DNA of 64,000 nucleotides from an uncultured Micropruina sp. (GTDB lineage Bacteria; Actinomycetota; Actinomycetes; Propionibacteriales; Propionibacteriaceae). Where the stretch lies: contig CAZBMH010000006.1 in assembly GCA_964492685.1 (NCBI GenBank), positions 2,448-66,447 on the forward strand. The letters run 5' to 3'. Below are positions 18,675 through 28,236 of this stretch, one piece after another. The translations under genes were made by a program, and so were the position numbers. The notes beneath the pieces were generated by a model. It worked only from the letters and a program-made list of their open reading frames with translations. It did not search any database and had not been told where the DNA came from. Positions within the stretch are counted from its first letter, which is position 1; every line of letters begins with the position of its first letter.

Positions 18675-19550
18675 TCAGCCGTTCCAGTAGGCCAGGTGCG
18701 ATCGGTGCAGCCACTCGTCGACCCACACCCGGTCCGGTTCCGCCGGCAGCTCCGAGGAGTCGCGAAGGGCCTGGAGTCGCGCCTGTGCCTCGTCGACCTG
18801 GGCAATCACTTCTGCCAACGCTATTTCTCCTCGCCGAACCCTACGCAGATAGGGGCCGTCCGGCTCGGGCACCGGAAGGGTGATCCGGCCGGTGGTCAGG
18901 AGTTCGGTGCCCTGCACGCCCAGGCGTAACGCGTGCATGGCGAACTTCGTGTCGTAGCCATGGACGGCGACCAGCTCCGGTCGGTTGGTGTGGGCCTTCA
19001 CGTCGCCGGTCATTGCTGCGCGCTGGGCCTGCATGTAGCCGAGAAACCGGTCGGCGGCCAGCTTCGAAACGAAGCGATGTGCGTTGTCGACCAACTCAGC
19101 CCCGAACTGGTTCCGGAACACCACTTCTTCGTCGGGCACGAACAGTGCGAGCAGCACCGTGGGGTTGCCTGCCAGAGCCAGTCGGCACCACTTGCGGGCC
19201 GAGTAGATGACCACGTCGAGGTCTCCAGCACCGGAGCGGTTCGCGAGCCCTCCGGGCCTGTCCCACACCGTGTGCCGCTGGAACTGCTCGAACTCGATCT
19301 CTGCATCTCCGCCGTCGATCCCGCGGGGGACACGCGCCAACCCGGTGACGAAACGAGCCGGCTCCAGACAGATCCCCATCTCGTCGCGGTCGTCCTGGCC
19401 GCTGATCGACGTGCCGTGAACCCCTGAACCGACCTGAACCCTCAAGATCATCCCCGCCTCGGCAATAGCGCGGGCCTCATCGGAGGCGTGAGGGTGGCGG
19501 AACCCCGCGGGCAGGGACGTGTCTCCCTGGATCTCGGCGGTCGACTTCAT
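18675..19550 (-). CDS. Pol-beta-superfamily nucleotidyltransferase (Nuc-transf/RlaP/YcgL-like)
   Basis: VGS..HG....DDRD..GI, GDLDV, NP..L..L, GYDTK.A.H..RL motifs. Confidence 0.8.
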   Translation of the reverse strand: MKSTAEIQGDTSLPAGFRHPHASDEARAIAEAGMILRVQVGSGVHGTSISGQDDRDEMGICLEPARFVTGLARVPRGIDGGDAEIEFEQFQRHTVWDRPGGLANRSGAGDLDVVIYSARKWCRLALAGNPTVLLALFVPDEEVVFRNQFGAELVDNAHRFVSKLAADRFLGYMQAQRAAMTGDVKAHTNRPELVAVHGYDTKFAMHALRLGVQGTELLTTGRITLPVPEPDGPYLRRVRRGEIALAEVIAQVDEAQARLQALRDSSELPAEPDRVWVDEWLHRSHLAYWNG

Positions 19551-19732
19551 GACCCTGACCGTACGACCTTCCACGCGACTGGGCCAGACCGCCAAACGAC
19601 GCGCGTGTGGGTGCACTCGGCGAGCGAAACGATGACGTGACGCGCGTCCGGCCCTTCTCCAACGATCAGGAATCCCTGTTGCCCTGGCGGGCGATCCGAA
19701 TCAGCAGCGGGAGCATTCGCGCCACTCAGCCA

Positions 19733-19748
19733 GTAGCACAAGTGCTAC
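19733..19748. promoter_or_regulatory. TA operon operator
   Basis: Palindrome GTAGCAC-AA-GTGCTAC overlapping the TACCGT -10, which ends 6 nt before the antitoxin ATG. Confidence 0.75.
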
Positions 19749-19757
19749 CGTGGCTCT

Positions 19758-20006
19758 ATGGAGCAGGTTGGGTTGAGGGAGCTGCGTCAGGACGCTTCGG
19801 ACTTGGTGCGTCGCGCGCAAGGAGGCGAGGAGATCACCATCACGGTCTCCGGGCGGCCCAGTGCCCGGCTCGTCCCTCCGTCCTCCGTCCGGTGGCGACG
19901 ATGGGACGAGGCCGCGGAGTTGTTCCGCGGGCCCAGCGACCCTGACTGGGCCGAGGATCGCGAGTTGGTCGACGACGAGCTGGCCGATCGGTGGGGCGAC
20001 GCATGA
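19758..20006 (+). CDS. vapB: Phd/YefM family antitoxin
   Basis: VGLRELRQ.AS.LVRR...GE.I.IT..GRP.ARLVP. Confidence 0.9.
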   Translation: MEQVGLRELRQDASDLVRRAQGGEEITITVSGRPSARLVPPSSVRWRRWDEAAELFRGPSDPDWAEDRELVDDELADRWGDA

Positions 20007-20404
20007 GCCACCCCGCAGTACCGGAACGTGCGCTGTTGGACACCAGCGTGATCATCGCCGGGGACATCGCGCCCATCCCGGGTCTGCTTGCCATCAGCGC
20101 CATCACTCTGGCGGAGTTGCAGTTCGGGGTCCTGGTCGCGAGAGCGCCGGAAGTGCGTGCCGAACGGCTGCGCCGGCTCAGCGTCCTGCAGAAGCACTTC
20201 GACGCCCTCCCGGTCGATGAGGCCGTGGCGATCAGCTACGGCCGGCTGGCCGCCGCCGCCGTCGAAGCCGGTCGCCAGCCGCGGCGCCGCACGATGGACC
20301 TGCTCATCGCCGCGACCGCCCACGCGCACGGGGCCCGCCTCTATACCCGGAACGCCGCGGACTTCGCCGGCCTCGGGGGCCTTGTCGACGTCGTCACCGG
20401 TTGA
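20003..20404 (+). CDS. vapC: PIN-domain toxin
   Basis: LLDTSV, ITLAEL, DLLIAATA, LYTRN..DF; ATGA overlap. Confidence 0.92.
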   Translation: MSHPAVPERALLDTSVIIAGDIAPIPGLLAISAITLAELQFGVLVARAPEVRAERLRRLSVLQKHFDALPVDEAVAISYGRLAAAAVEAGRQPRRRTMDLLIAATAHAHGARLYTRNAADFAGLGGLVDVVTG

Positions 20405-20524
20405 GCCACAGCACGCCCTCGACGCGCTGCTGCAGGGGTGGGCGCGCCTCGTCCGGTGCCCTACAGTGTCGGCAGGCGGCGGGGGAGCCGGCGTTAGGTC
20501 CCACTCAGAGGAGATTGGCCACGC

Positions 20525-21142
20525 ATGTTTGCGCTACTGAGAATCAAGGTATCCCTCTGGGCGGTGCTGCTCCTGGCTCTGGTGTTCGTCGGCGGTGGAG
20601 CGATGGCCTCGTACGCGGTGCTCAACGCGTCGATGTTCACGAGGAACACCGAGGTCATCAACACCCAGGTGGTCAGCTCCGTGACCCTGGACGAGCAGGT
20701 CGTGCTGCTGGGCCTCGGGGTTCAGGGGGTGGAGCAGAAGAAGGAGCGGACGAGCATCTTCGGCGTCCAGATCCCCGGGAGTGAGCGGGCGGCGTTCGTG
20801 CAGTACTCGTTCACCGCCAAGCTCGGGATCGAGGGCTCCCAGGTGAAGATCGAGCAGCTCGGCCCGAAGCGGTTCCGGATCTCCATCCCCGGGTTCGTCT
20901 TCATCGGCCTGGAGAACCCGAAGCTCCAGCTGCTTGTCGAGAACAACGGCATCCTCAGCGCGGTCACGCCCAAGATCGACCAGATGGAGATCGCGAACCA
21001 CGTCCTGGGCGACGAGGCCAAGGCGAAGCACGTCGCCAGCAACACGGAACTGCTGGAGTCTCAGGCCAGGTCCTTCTACACCAGCCTGGTCCACAGCATT
21101 GATCCTGAGGTTGCGCTGGAGTTCGAGTTCCGGCGCGCATGA
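20525..21142 (+). CDS. Single-pass membrane protein, DUF4230-like
   Basis: N-terminal TM, Y.F.AKLGI, I.IP, A..FY..L pattern; GAGGAG RBS. Confidence 0.55.
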   Translation: MFALLRIKVSLWAVLLLALVFVGGGAMASYAVLNASMFTRNTEVINTQVVSSVTLDEQVVLLGLGVQGVEQKKERTSIFGVQIPGSERAAFVQYSFTAKLGIEGSQVKIEQLGPKRFRISIPGFVFIGLENPKLQLLVENNGILSAVTPKIDQMEIANHVLGDEAKAKHVASNTELLESQARSFYTSLVHSIDPEVALEFEFRRA

Positions 21143-21465
21143 CCACGGCCCCATTCATGCCGGGGCCGGCGCACGAGCACTCGGCGTTTGGCGCCTCAGG
21201 TTGGACGCCCTGTACTGCGCCGTGGTCGGCGCAGTTGTCGGCCCTGCCCGCGACCCAAGGTTGGCCGGATCGTCGGCCCCTTGTCGCGCACCCTCGGCGA
21301 GCATTGATGCGGGGCGCTCGCAGCCCGTCCACACCACGTTCGGCGAGCCCCTCGCGGGCTCACAAACGATCGAAGACCTGACCCGCTTGGGGCGCCGCCG
21401 TTGCGGATCGCGCGGTCGCATCTCGCTTCCGGGTCGCTCCGGACCGAGTGCAGTAGGCTGCCCCT

Positions 21466-22389
21466 GTGAAAGTTGCTGCTCCGCCAACGTTGGTGCGCGC
21501 CCTGAACAGGGCGGTCACGCCGAACCTCGTGGATCCCTCGAGACGCCATTGGATCTATGCTTGGTTGCGGCTCACCCGCATGGAGAATGCGGCTTTCGGT
21601 GCGATGTTGTATCTCGTCGGGATGCAGATATCCCCGGGCTTGAATGTGGAAATGCGTCGGTTGCTTCTTGGTGGATTCATCGTCGCCTCTACGGTAGTAG
21701 TTGGCAATGTCGTGAATGATATATGCGACCGTGAAATAGACGCCGTGGGCAAGCCATGGCGACCCATCCCAAGCGCGCAAGTTTCACTCGTCGCAGCCAG
21801 GAGAGCGTTGGCCTTGACTTCACTTAGCGTCGTGGTCGCGGCAATTTCAATCAACGATCCGCTACTCACGCTCGTCGCTTTGGGAATGCTAGCCGAAGCT
21901 ATTTCCTACTCGCTTTGGTTGAAGACGATTCCATTTCTGGGAAACATTTCGGTTGCCTTCCAGGTCGCTTGCGCCTTCGCGTACGGCGTATTTATGGCGG
22001 GCGGCCAGGTTCATCAGGAGATCCCGATCTTGAGTGGCATCTTCCTTGGCTATTTGAATTTCGAGCTGGCGAAGACCGCCAGCGACCGCTGGCATGATCA
22101 GCTATTCATCAAGACGGCCGCAACAACCCTTCGCCCGAAGGGAATGTGGATGCTGCTCGTTGGGCTGTCGCTAGCTCATCTGTCGCTGATGTTTGCATTC
22201 GCGTTGGCGAACGCCGACCCGAGTAGATCTGTTGCACTACTTGGCTTACCCACGGTGCCGCTACTTGGATACCTCCTGTACGCGCGGAAGAGTCACGACA
22301 CAGATTCAATTGAGAGGTCTATCCAGATTTCCAAGAAGACCTTCGTACCTGTGCTGCTGATTCTTCTTCTGCAAGGTTGGCTGGTGTGA
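21466..22389 (+). CDS. UbiA-family prenyltransferase (DGGGP synthase-like), low GC
   Basis: LRLTR..N, NDICDREID..GKPWRPIPS, YS..LK..PF.GN, EL.KT.SD...D; multiple TM segments. Confidence 0.85.
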   Translation: MKVAAPPTLVRALNRAVTPNLVDPSRRHWIYAWLRLTRMENAAFGAMLYLVGMQISPGLNVEMRRLLLGGFIVASTVVVGNVVNDICDREIDAVGKPWRPIPSAQVSLVAARRALALTSLSVVVAAISINDPLLTLVALGMLAEAISYSLWLKTIPFLGNISVAFQVACAFAYGVFMAGGQVHQEIPILSGIFLGYLNFELAKTASDRWHDQLFIKTAATTLRPKGMWMLLVGLSLAHLSLMFAFALANADPSRSVALLGLPTVPLLGYLLYARKSHDTDSIERSIQISKKTFVPVLLILLLQGWLV

Positions 22390-23096
22390 CCGCAGAGCCG
22401 GCTTCGGAATCAGGCACCGGCACCGGGTGGGGGATCGCCAATCGGGCCATTCTAATACTCTCATCTCACGTGGGTTTCACGATCGCAGCTGTCATCGTCG
22501 TTCGGTCCTTCTACGCCGACAACGATGAACGCAATTCAATGCTCTTGGCCTTCCTTTTTCGCGAAGTATTCGTTCTTATCTTTGCATTGTTTGCTCTCTT
22601 CGCAACGGAGGCGGGAGCCCGCGCAATCGCAAGCGCGTTCGCCAAGGGGCTTGTGCGCGCCAGGCCTTTGGTTCCACTCGTGGAGAAGCTGGCCAAGGAG
22701 AAGCGTCTCCGAAAAGTGGTCGAGGTTCTACGTTGGGTCACTCTCTGGCTTTGCATCACGGCTGGCTTCGTTGCTGCTGGCACACTGATCCTAAGTACTG
22801 GTGGCTTTCAGACAAGCCCATTTGTACAATTGCCCATGACGATGGTGGTGCTTGGGGCCATGATGTCAGGGAGATGGATAACTGCCTTCTTGGTCTTCGT
22901 TTATGGTTCAGGCTACGCGATTCTCCTGGCCTATCGCCCATGGATCACTGACCAACTCCTGGGCGTATACGCTCCTAGTATTGCCGGCGATGACCGCCTG
23001 CTCGTCCTTCTGATCACAGGACTTAACTTGTTCATTGGCGTGTCCGCATCATATTTGGCGAGCGGTCAGACAGAGCGCGCACAGCCCCTCGCGTAG
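22386..23096 (+). CDS. Multi-pass membrane protein with TGGxxxSPF motif, low GC
   Basis: About 6 hydrophobic segments; GTGA overlap with the prenyltransferase stop. Confidence 0.7.
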   Translation: MTAEPASESGTGTGWGIANRAILILSSHVGFTIAAVIVVRSFYADNDERNSMLLAFLFREVFVLIFALFALFATEAGARAIASAFAKGLVRARPLVPLVEKLAKEKRLRKVVEVLRWVTLWLCITAGFVAAGTLILSTGGFQTSPFVQLPMTMVVLGAMMSGRWITAFLVFVYGSGYAILLAYRPWITDQLLGVYAPSIAGDDRLLVLLITGLNLFIGVSASYLASGQTERAQPLA

Positions 23097-23503
23097 CTCC
23101 GGTTTCGGTCCTCGGCCGACTGCCGCGTGGGGGCATGGGGTGCCTCGTGAATCAATTCCGCCAATACCTTGGCCTCGCTGATGTCGGCGCGCTTGGAGGC
23201 GGTCAGTAGTATCAAGGTCCCTTCGCTCGCCAGCGACTTCAGCTTGGCGAAGGAGGCCGCCTGGACGCCCTGGCTCAGCTCGTCGCGGTAGCGGGCGGCG
23301 AACTCGTCGAACTTGGCCGGGTCGTGGCCGTACCACTGGCGCAGTTCGGTGGAGGGGGCGACGTCCTTGCACCAGTCGGCCAGCTGGGCGCGCTCCTTGC
23401 TGACGCCGCGCGGCCACAGCCGGTCGACCAGCACGCGGGTCCCGTCGCTGGGCTCGGGCGGGTCGTAGATCCGCTTGACGTGGACGATTGGCGTTCCTGT
23501 CAT
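23066..23503 (-). CDS. DUF488 (YeaO-like) protein
   Basis: [39 protein letters not shown]; C-terminal run-on overlaps the convergent gene. Confidence 0.88.
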   Translation of the reverse strand: MTGTPIVHVKRIYDPPEPSDGTRVLVDRLWPRGVSKERAQLADWCKDVAPSTELRQWYGHDPAKFDEFAARYRDELSQGVQAASFAKLKSLASEGTLILLTASKRADISEAKVLAELIHEAPHAPTRQSAEDRNRSYARGCARSV

Positions 23504-23578
23504 GTGGTCCACCGTAGGAAGCCCGGGCGGGTTCCGAAAGGGTTGCGGGGGGAGGGAGGCGGCGTACTCTCGGGGCCC

Positions 23579-24430
23579 ATGGGTCGAATCACGGCGAAAC
23601 GGCGGATCACCAAGATCACGGTGGGGGAGCGCGCGTGGCAGAGCGAGGACGTCCTGGCCGTCGAGGAGCCGCTCGAGATCCGCATCGGGGGCGCCCCCCT
23701 CACCGTGACGATGCGGACGCCGGGCCACGACGTGGAGCTGGCCGCCGGGTTCCTGATCTCGGAGGGGATCATCGCCGGCGCCGACGACTTCCGCTCGGCG
23801 ATCCACTGCGGCGGGCCGGGAACCGGGGGAGAGGCGAACACCTACAACGTCCTGGACGTGTCGCTGGCCGCCGGCGTCGCGCCGCACGTGGCCGACGTCG
23901 CCCGGTCGTTCTACGTGACCAGCTCGTGCGGCGTGTGCGGGAAGGCGAGCATCGACGCCATCGAGACCGTCTCCCGTTTCGACGTCCGGCCCGACCGGAC
24001 CCAGCTCGATGCCGAACGCCTGATCACCTACCCCGAACGGCTGCGGAAGCGCCAGTTGGTGTTCGAGAAGACCGGGGGGCTGCACGCCGCCGCGCTCTTC
24101 GACGCAGCGACCGACGAGCTGCTCGTGCTGCGCGAGGACGTCGGGCGCCACAACGCCGTCGACAAGGTCATCGGGTGGGCGACGCTGAACCGCCGCCTGC
24201 CCCTGGGGGGCACCGTGCTCCAGGTGTCGGGCCGCGCCAGCTTCGAACTGGTGCAGAAGGCCGCGATGGCCGGCATCCCCATCCTGGCGGCGGTGTCGGC
24301 ACCCTCGTCCCTGGCCATCGAGCTCGCGGAATCGTCCGGGCTGACGCTCGTGGGATTCCTTCGGGGGAACTCGATGAACGTGTACAGCCGGGCCGACCGG
24401 ATCCAGAGCGGCGCGTCCGTTCCCGGGTGA
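23579..24430 (+). CDS. fdhD: Formate dehydrogenase accessory sulfurtransferase
   Basis: [46 protein letters not shown]. Confidence 0.95.
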   Translation: MGRITAKRRITKITVGERAWQSEDVLAVEEPLEIRIGGAPLTVTMRTPGHDVELAAGFLISEGIIAGADDFRSAIHCGGPGTGGEANTYNVLDVSLAAGVAPHVADVARSFYVTSSCGVCGKASIDAIETVSRFDVRPDRTQLDAERLITYPERLRKRQLVFEKTGGLHAAALFDAATDELLVLREDVGRHNAVDKVIGWATLNRRLPLGGTVLQVSGRASFELVQKAAMAGIPILAAVSAPSSLAIELAESSGLTLVGFLRGNSMNVYSRADRIQSGASVPG

Positions 24431-24549
24431 GGGGCGCGACCGGGTCGTCTCGCGCGCCCCACACGCCGTAGCCGCGGACGAGGTGGCCCGCGTACGCTGA
24501 CCGCTTCGACCGATCAGATCGCGAGCATCACCAGGAGAGAGGGTCGAGC

Positions 24550-26901
24550 GTGGACGACGACCAGCGCGCCACCCCCGACGGCGACCGGCCCCTCGGATTG
24601 CTGCCCGCGGGGCCACGCCAGGGCGGCTACGGCCCGGCGACCGACAAGCCGTGGTCCCGCAGGGCCTATCACCACCCGGCCGCCGGCTGGGGGGCCACCC
24701 GCTCGGTGGGGGAGGTGCTCGTCCGGCAGCGTGAGGTGGTGGCCGGCACCAAGCTGCTGGTCACCATGAACCACCCGGTGAAGGGCTTCGACTGCCCGGG
24801 CTGCGCCTGGCCGGACGACGCGGGCGTCCACCTCGACATCTGCGAGAACGGCATCAAGCACGCCACCTGGGAGATGACCCGCAAGCGCGTCGACGCCGCC
24901 TTCTTCGCCGCGCACACCGTGTCGGAGCTGGCCACCTGGACCGACTTCGCCCTGGAGGATCACGGTCGCCTCACCGAGCCGATGACCTACGACCCGGCCA
25001 CCGACCGCTACGTCCCGATCACCTGGGACGACGCATTCGCGCTGATCGGCGCCGAGCTGCGGGCGCTGGAGTCGCCGAACCAGGCGGCCTTCTACACCTC
25101 CGGCCGGCTCAGCAACGAGGCGACGTTCCTGTATCAGCTGATGGCCCGCGAGTTCGGCACCAACAACCTGCCCGACTGCTCCAACATGTGCCACGAGGCG
25201 TCCGGACGCGGCCTGAGGGCGTCGCTGGCCACCGGCAAGGGCACCGTCTCCCTGGACGACTGGGCCGCCTGCGACGCGCTGTTCCTGTTCGGCGTCAACG
25301 CCGCCTCCAACGCGCCCCGGATGATCACCACCCTCGCCGACCTCACCCGCCGCGGCGCCCAGGTGGTGCACATCAACCCGCTGATCGAGGCCGCGTCCAC
25401 CCGGACGATCGTGCCGCACGAGTTCGTCGACATGGCGCTGAACAAGCCGACCCCGACGGGCACGATGAACCTGCAGGTGCGGCCCGGGGGAGACCTGGCG
25501 CTGGTGCGCGGCATGGCCAAGGCCGTATTCGAGGCCGAGCGCGGCAACCCGAGCGCCGTCGATCGCGCCTTCCTGGCCGCCCACACCAGCGGCGTCGAGG
25601 AGTACCAGCGCCTCGTGGAGGCCACCGAGTGGCCGCTCCTGACCGAGCAGGCCGGGCTCAGCGAGTCGCAGATCCGGGCGGCCGCGGCCGTCTACCTGGC
25701 CTCCGGCAAGACGATCATGAGCTGGTGCCTCGGCCTCACCCAGCACGAGCACGGCGTCGACACGGTCCGCGAGATCGTCAACGTCCTGCTGCTGCGCGGC
25801 AACATCGGCCGCCCCGGCGCTGGTCCGTCCCCGGTGCGCGGTCACAGCAATGTGCAGGGCAACCGGACGTGCGGGGTCGACCACAACCCGTCGGGCGACT
25901 TCCTCGACCGGCTCGACAGCGAGTGCGGCATCACCTCGCCGCGGCAGCGGGGGCTCGACACGGTCCACACCGTGTCCGCGATGCACAGCGGCGATGTCAG
26001 GGTGTTCGTCGGGATGGGCGGCAACTTCGTTCTGGCGGCCCCTGATACCCGCTTCACCGCGGCCGGGCTGGAGCGGTGCAACCTCACCGTCCACGTGAGC
26101 ACGAAGCTGAACCGCAGCCACCTCGTCCACGGGACCAAGGCGCTGATCCTGCCGTGCCTGGGACGCACCGAGAAGGACGAGCAGGCCGCCGGCCCCCAGG
26201 GCATCTCCACGGAGGACGCCATGAGCTCGGTGCAGCTGTCGTTCGGCAAGCGGCGCCCGGCCTCGCCCGCGCTGCTCTCCGAGCCGGCGATCATCGCCGG
26301 GATCGCCCGCGCCACGCTGCCCGACAGCGCGACGCCGTGGGAGGACTACGTGGCCGACTACGACCGCATTCGCGACGTGATGGCGCGGGTGCTGCCGGGG
26401 TTCGAGGGGTTCAACGAGCTCGTCCGGCGGCCGTACGGGTTCCGGATCCCGCAGCCCGCCCGCCAGCTCGACTTCCGGACCCCCAGCGGCAAGGCGGAGT
26501 TCTCGCACGCCCTGCTGCCCGACGTGATCCCGTCCGATCCGGACGTGCTGATCCTGCAGACCATGCGCTCCCACGACCAGTGGAACACCACCATCTACTC
26601 CAACAACGACCGCTACCGCGGCGTGCGGAACCTGCGGGAGCTGATCTTCATGCACGCCGCCGACATGCGCGAGCGGGGCATCACCGAGGGCGACCCGGTC
26701 GACATCGTCGCCACCTCCAAGGACGGGTCCGAGCGCTCGCTGCGCGCCTACCGGGCCGTGACCTACGACCTGCCGAAGGGGAGCGCCGCCGGGTACATGC
26801 CGGAGATGAACGTACTGATCGGCGCCGCGGACTACAGCACCCAAAGCGACCAGCCGCTGGCCAAGCACCTCAAGGTCCGGGTGTCGCGGGCCGCGTCATA
26901 G
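24550..26901 (+). CDS. FdhF/YdeP family molybdopterin oxidoreductase
   Basis: GFDCPGCAWPD, CENG.K, FYTSGR.SNE, NNLPDCSNMCHE, RGHSNVQG, RSHDQ.NTT.Y. Confidence 0.95.
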   Translation: MDDDQRATPDGDRPLGLLPAGPRQGGYGPATDKPWSRRAYHHPAAGWGATRSVGEVLVRQREVVAGTKLLVTMNHPVKGFDCPGCAWPDDAGVHLDICENGIKHATWEMTRKRVDAAFFAAHTVSELATWTDFALEDHGRLTEPMTYDPATDRYVPITWDDAFALIGAELRALESPNQAAFYTSGRLSNEATFLYQLMAREFGTNNLPDCSNMCHEASGRGLRASLATGKGTVSLDDWAACDALFLFGVNAASNAPRMITTLADLTRRGAQVVHINPLIEAASTRTIVPHEFVDMALNKPTPTGTMNLQVRPGGDLALVRGMAKAVFEAERGNPSAVDRAFLAAHTSGVEEYQRLVEATEWPLLTEQAGLSESQIRAAAAVYLASGKTIMSWCLGLTQHEHGVDTVREIVNVLLLRGNIGRPGAGPSPVRGHSNVQGNRTCGVDHNPSGDFLDRLDSECGITSPRQRGLDTVHTVSAMHSGDVRVFVGMGGNFVLAAPDTRFTAAGLERCNLTVHVSTKLNRSHLVHGTKALILPCLGRTEKDEQAAGPQGISTEDAMSSVQLSFGKRRPASPALLSEPAIIAGIARATLPDSATPWEDYVADYDRIRDVMARVLPGFEGFNELVRRPYGFRIPQPARQLDFRTPSGKAEFSHALLPDVIPSDPDVLILQTMRSHDQWNTTIYSNNDRYRGVRNLRELIFMHAADMRERGITEGDPVDIVATSKDGSERSLRAYRAVTYDLPKGSAAGYMPEMNVLIGAADYSTQSDQPLAKHLKVRVSRAAS

Positions 26902-26927
26902 GGGCGGCGCCGCCCGGCGGGCCTCCG

Positions 26928-27317
26928 TCAGGCGGGAGGGTCGGGCACCAGCAGCTTGGTGAACGCGAGGCACGTCAGCCGCCAGGCGTCGCCGTCCCGC
27001 ACGTACGCCTCGGTGACCAGGAAGCGGTTGGTGACCTCGTTGCCGCCGACGACGGCCAGCAAGGTGACCTCGTTGAGTAGGATCGCCGTCGGGCCGATGG
27101 CGTTCACCGATGCCTCGTGGACGTCGGCATGTTTGTAGTGGATCCGCCCGCTGGCGATGATGTCGAGCTCCCGCTCGGTGCCCCAGGCCCCGCCCATGTG
27201 GACGAAGACCGCCTGCGGGTGGAACAGAGTCGTAAGCGCCGCCAGGTCGCACTCGGACAGCCACCGCCACTTGCTCGCGGACAGCGCCAGGAGGTCCTGC
27301 TCGGGTGTTGTTTCCAT
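26928..27317 (-). CDS. NTF2-like (DUF4440) protein
   Basis: 129 aa SnoaL-like pattern (FVHMGG..., TEAYV..G.W.L); AAGAAGGA RBS. Confidence 0.8.
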   Translation of the reverse strand: METTPEQDLLALSASKWRWLSECDLAALTTLFHPQAVFVHMGGAWGTERELDIIASGRIHYKHADVHEASVNAIGPTAILLNEVTLLAVVGGNEVTNRFLVTEAYVRDGDAWRLTCLAFTKLLVPDPPA

Positions 27318-27526
27318 CGTGGTCCTTCTTCAGAGGCTCGTCCCGCCGACGCTAGGGTGCCACGCTCAGCCGAGCCAGGACCTTTCAGGGCACCCCTCCC
27401 GCGGCTCACCGAAGCCAAGACCGGCTCGACGACGAGGGACCAGTAGAGTGGCCACGACATCGGCATGACCCCCGCGCGCCCGCGTCAAATCGGGTCATGG
27501 GGATCGCGACGGGACGAGGACGACAC

Positions 27527-28192
27527 GTGGTTGCACGGATTTCGGAGAAGAAGCCGGTAGCGGATCGCATGTACGACGTCCTGCTTCGCCAGTTCATGTC
27601 GGGGGAGCGGGCCGCCGGGCAGGCCCTGAACATCATCGCCCTCTCCCGAGAACTGGATGTCAGCCAAACGCCGTTGCGGGAGGCGCTCGCGCGCCTCGAA
27701 CACACCGGCCTGGTGGAGCGAGAGGCGCTGCGAGGCTATCGCGTGGCCCCGGCGATGACCCGGGAGGAGGTCGGCCAGCTGACGGAGGCGCGCCTCCTGC
27801 TCGAGCCCCAGTTGACGGCCCTGGCGGCACCCCTGGTGGATGACGACTTCCTCGAGGCGCTTCGTGGGTCGCTGGAGGAGTTCGAGGCCGCCGTCCCCTC
27901 CGCCGACGTCGAAACCGGCGGATTCGATCACTATTGGCGTTCCGACAACGAGTTCCACTCGCTGATCGCGGCCCAATCGGGCAACAAGTTCCTGGCGCTG
28001 ACCTACGGGGCGCTGGGGGGGCAGATCCAGCGGTTCCGGCTGTTCTCCAAGGCCGGACGGACGGGGGCCAGCACGGCGGCACCCGAGCATCGGGCGATCT
28101 ACGACGCCCTGGCCGCCCGCGACGCCGAGGGCGCCGCGGCGGCGATGCGAGCCCACGTCCTCGGTGCGGCGGCGCGCCTCCTGGGCGACTAG
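27527..28192 (+). CDS. GntR/FCD family regulator
   Basis: L.VSQTPLREAL.RL...GLV wHTH; D..FH, EH..I..A FCD motifs. Confidence 0.92.
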   Translation: MVARISEKKPVADRMYDVLLRQFMSGERAAGQALNIIALSRELDVSQTPLREALARLEHTGLVEREALRGYRVAPAMTREEVGQLTEARLLLEPQLTALAAPLVDDDFLEALRGSLEEFEAAVPSADVETGGFDHYWRSDNEFHSLIAAQSGNKFLALTYGALGGQIQRFRLFSKAGRTGASTAAPEHRAIYDALAARDAEGAAAAMRAHVLGAAARLLGD

Positions 28193-28202
28193 CTCAGGGG
28201 GG

Positions 28203-28236
28203 TTGAACTTGGGTGGCTCTCGCTATAGTATAGAGT
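28203..28236 (+). promoter_or_regulatory. Leaderless sigma-A-type promoter with GntR operator
   Basis: TTGAAC-17-TAGTAT ending 5 nt before ATG; overlapping palindrome CTATAgTATAG (28223-28233). Confidence 0.7.

Noticed and set aside
21466-22389. Evidence for archaeal-type ether lipid synthesis
   Set aside because: The DGGGP-synthase-like resemblance is motif-level only, and no GGGP synthase partner is in the window
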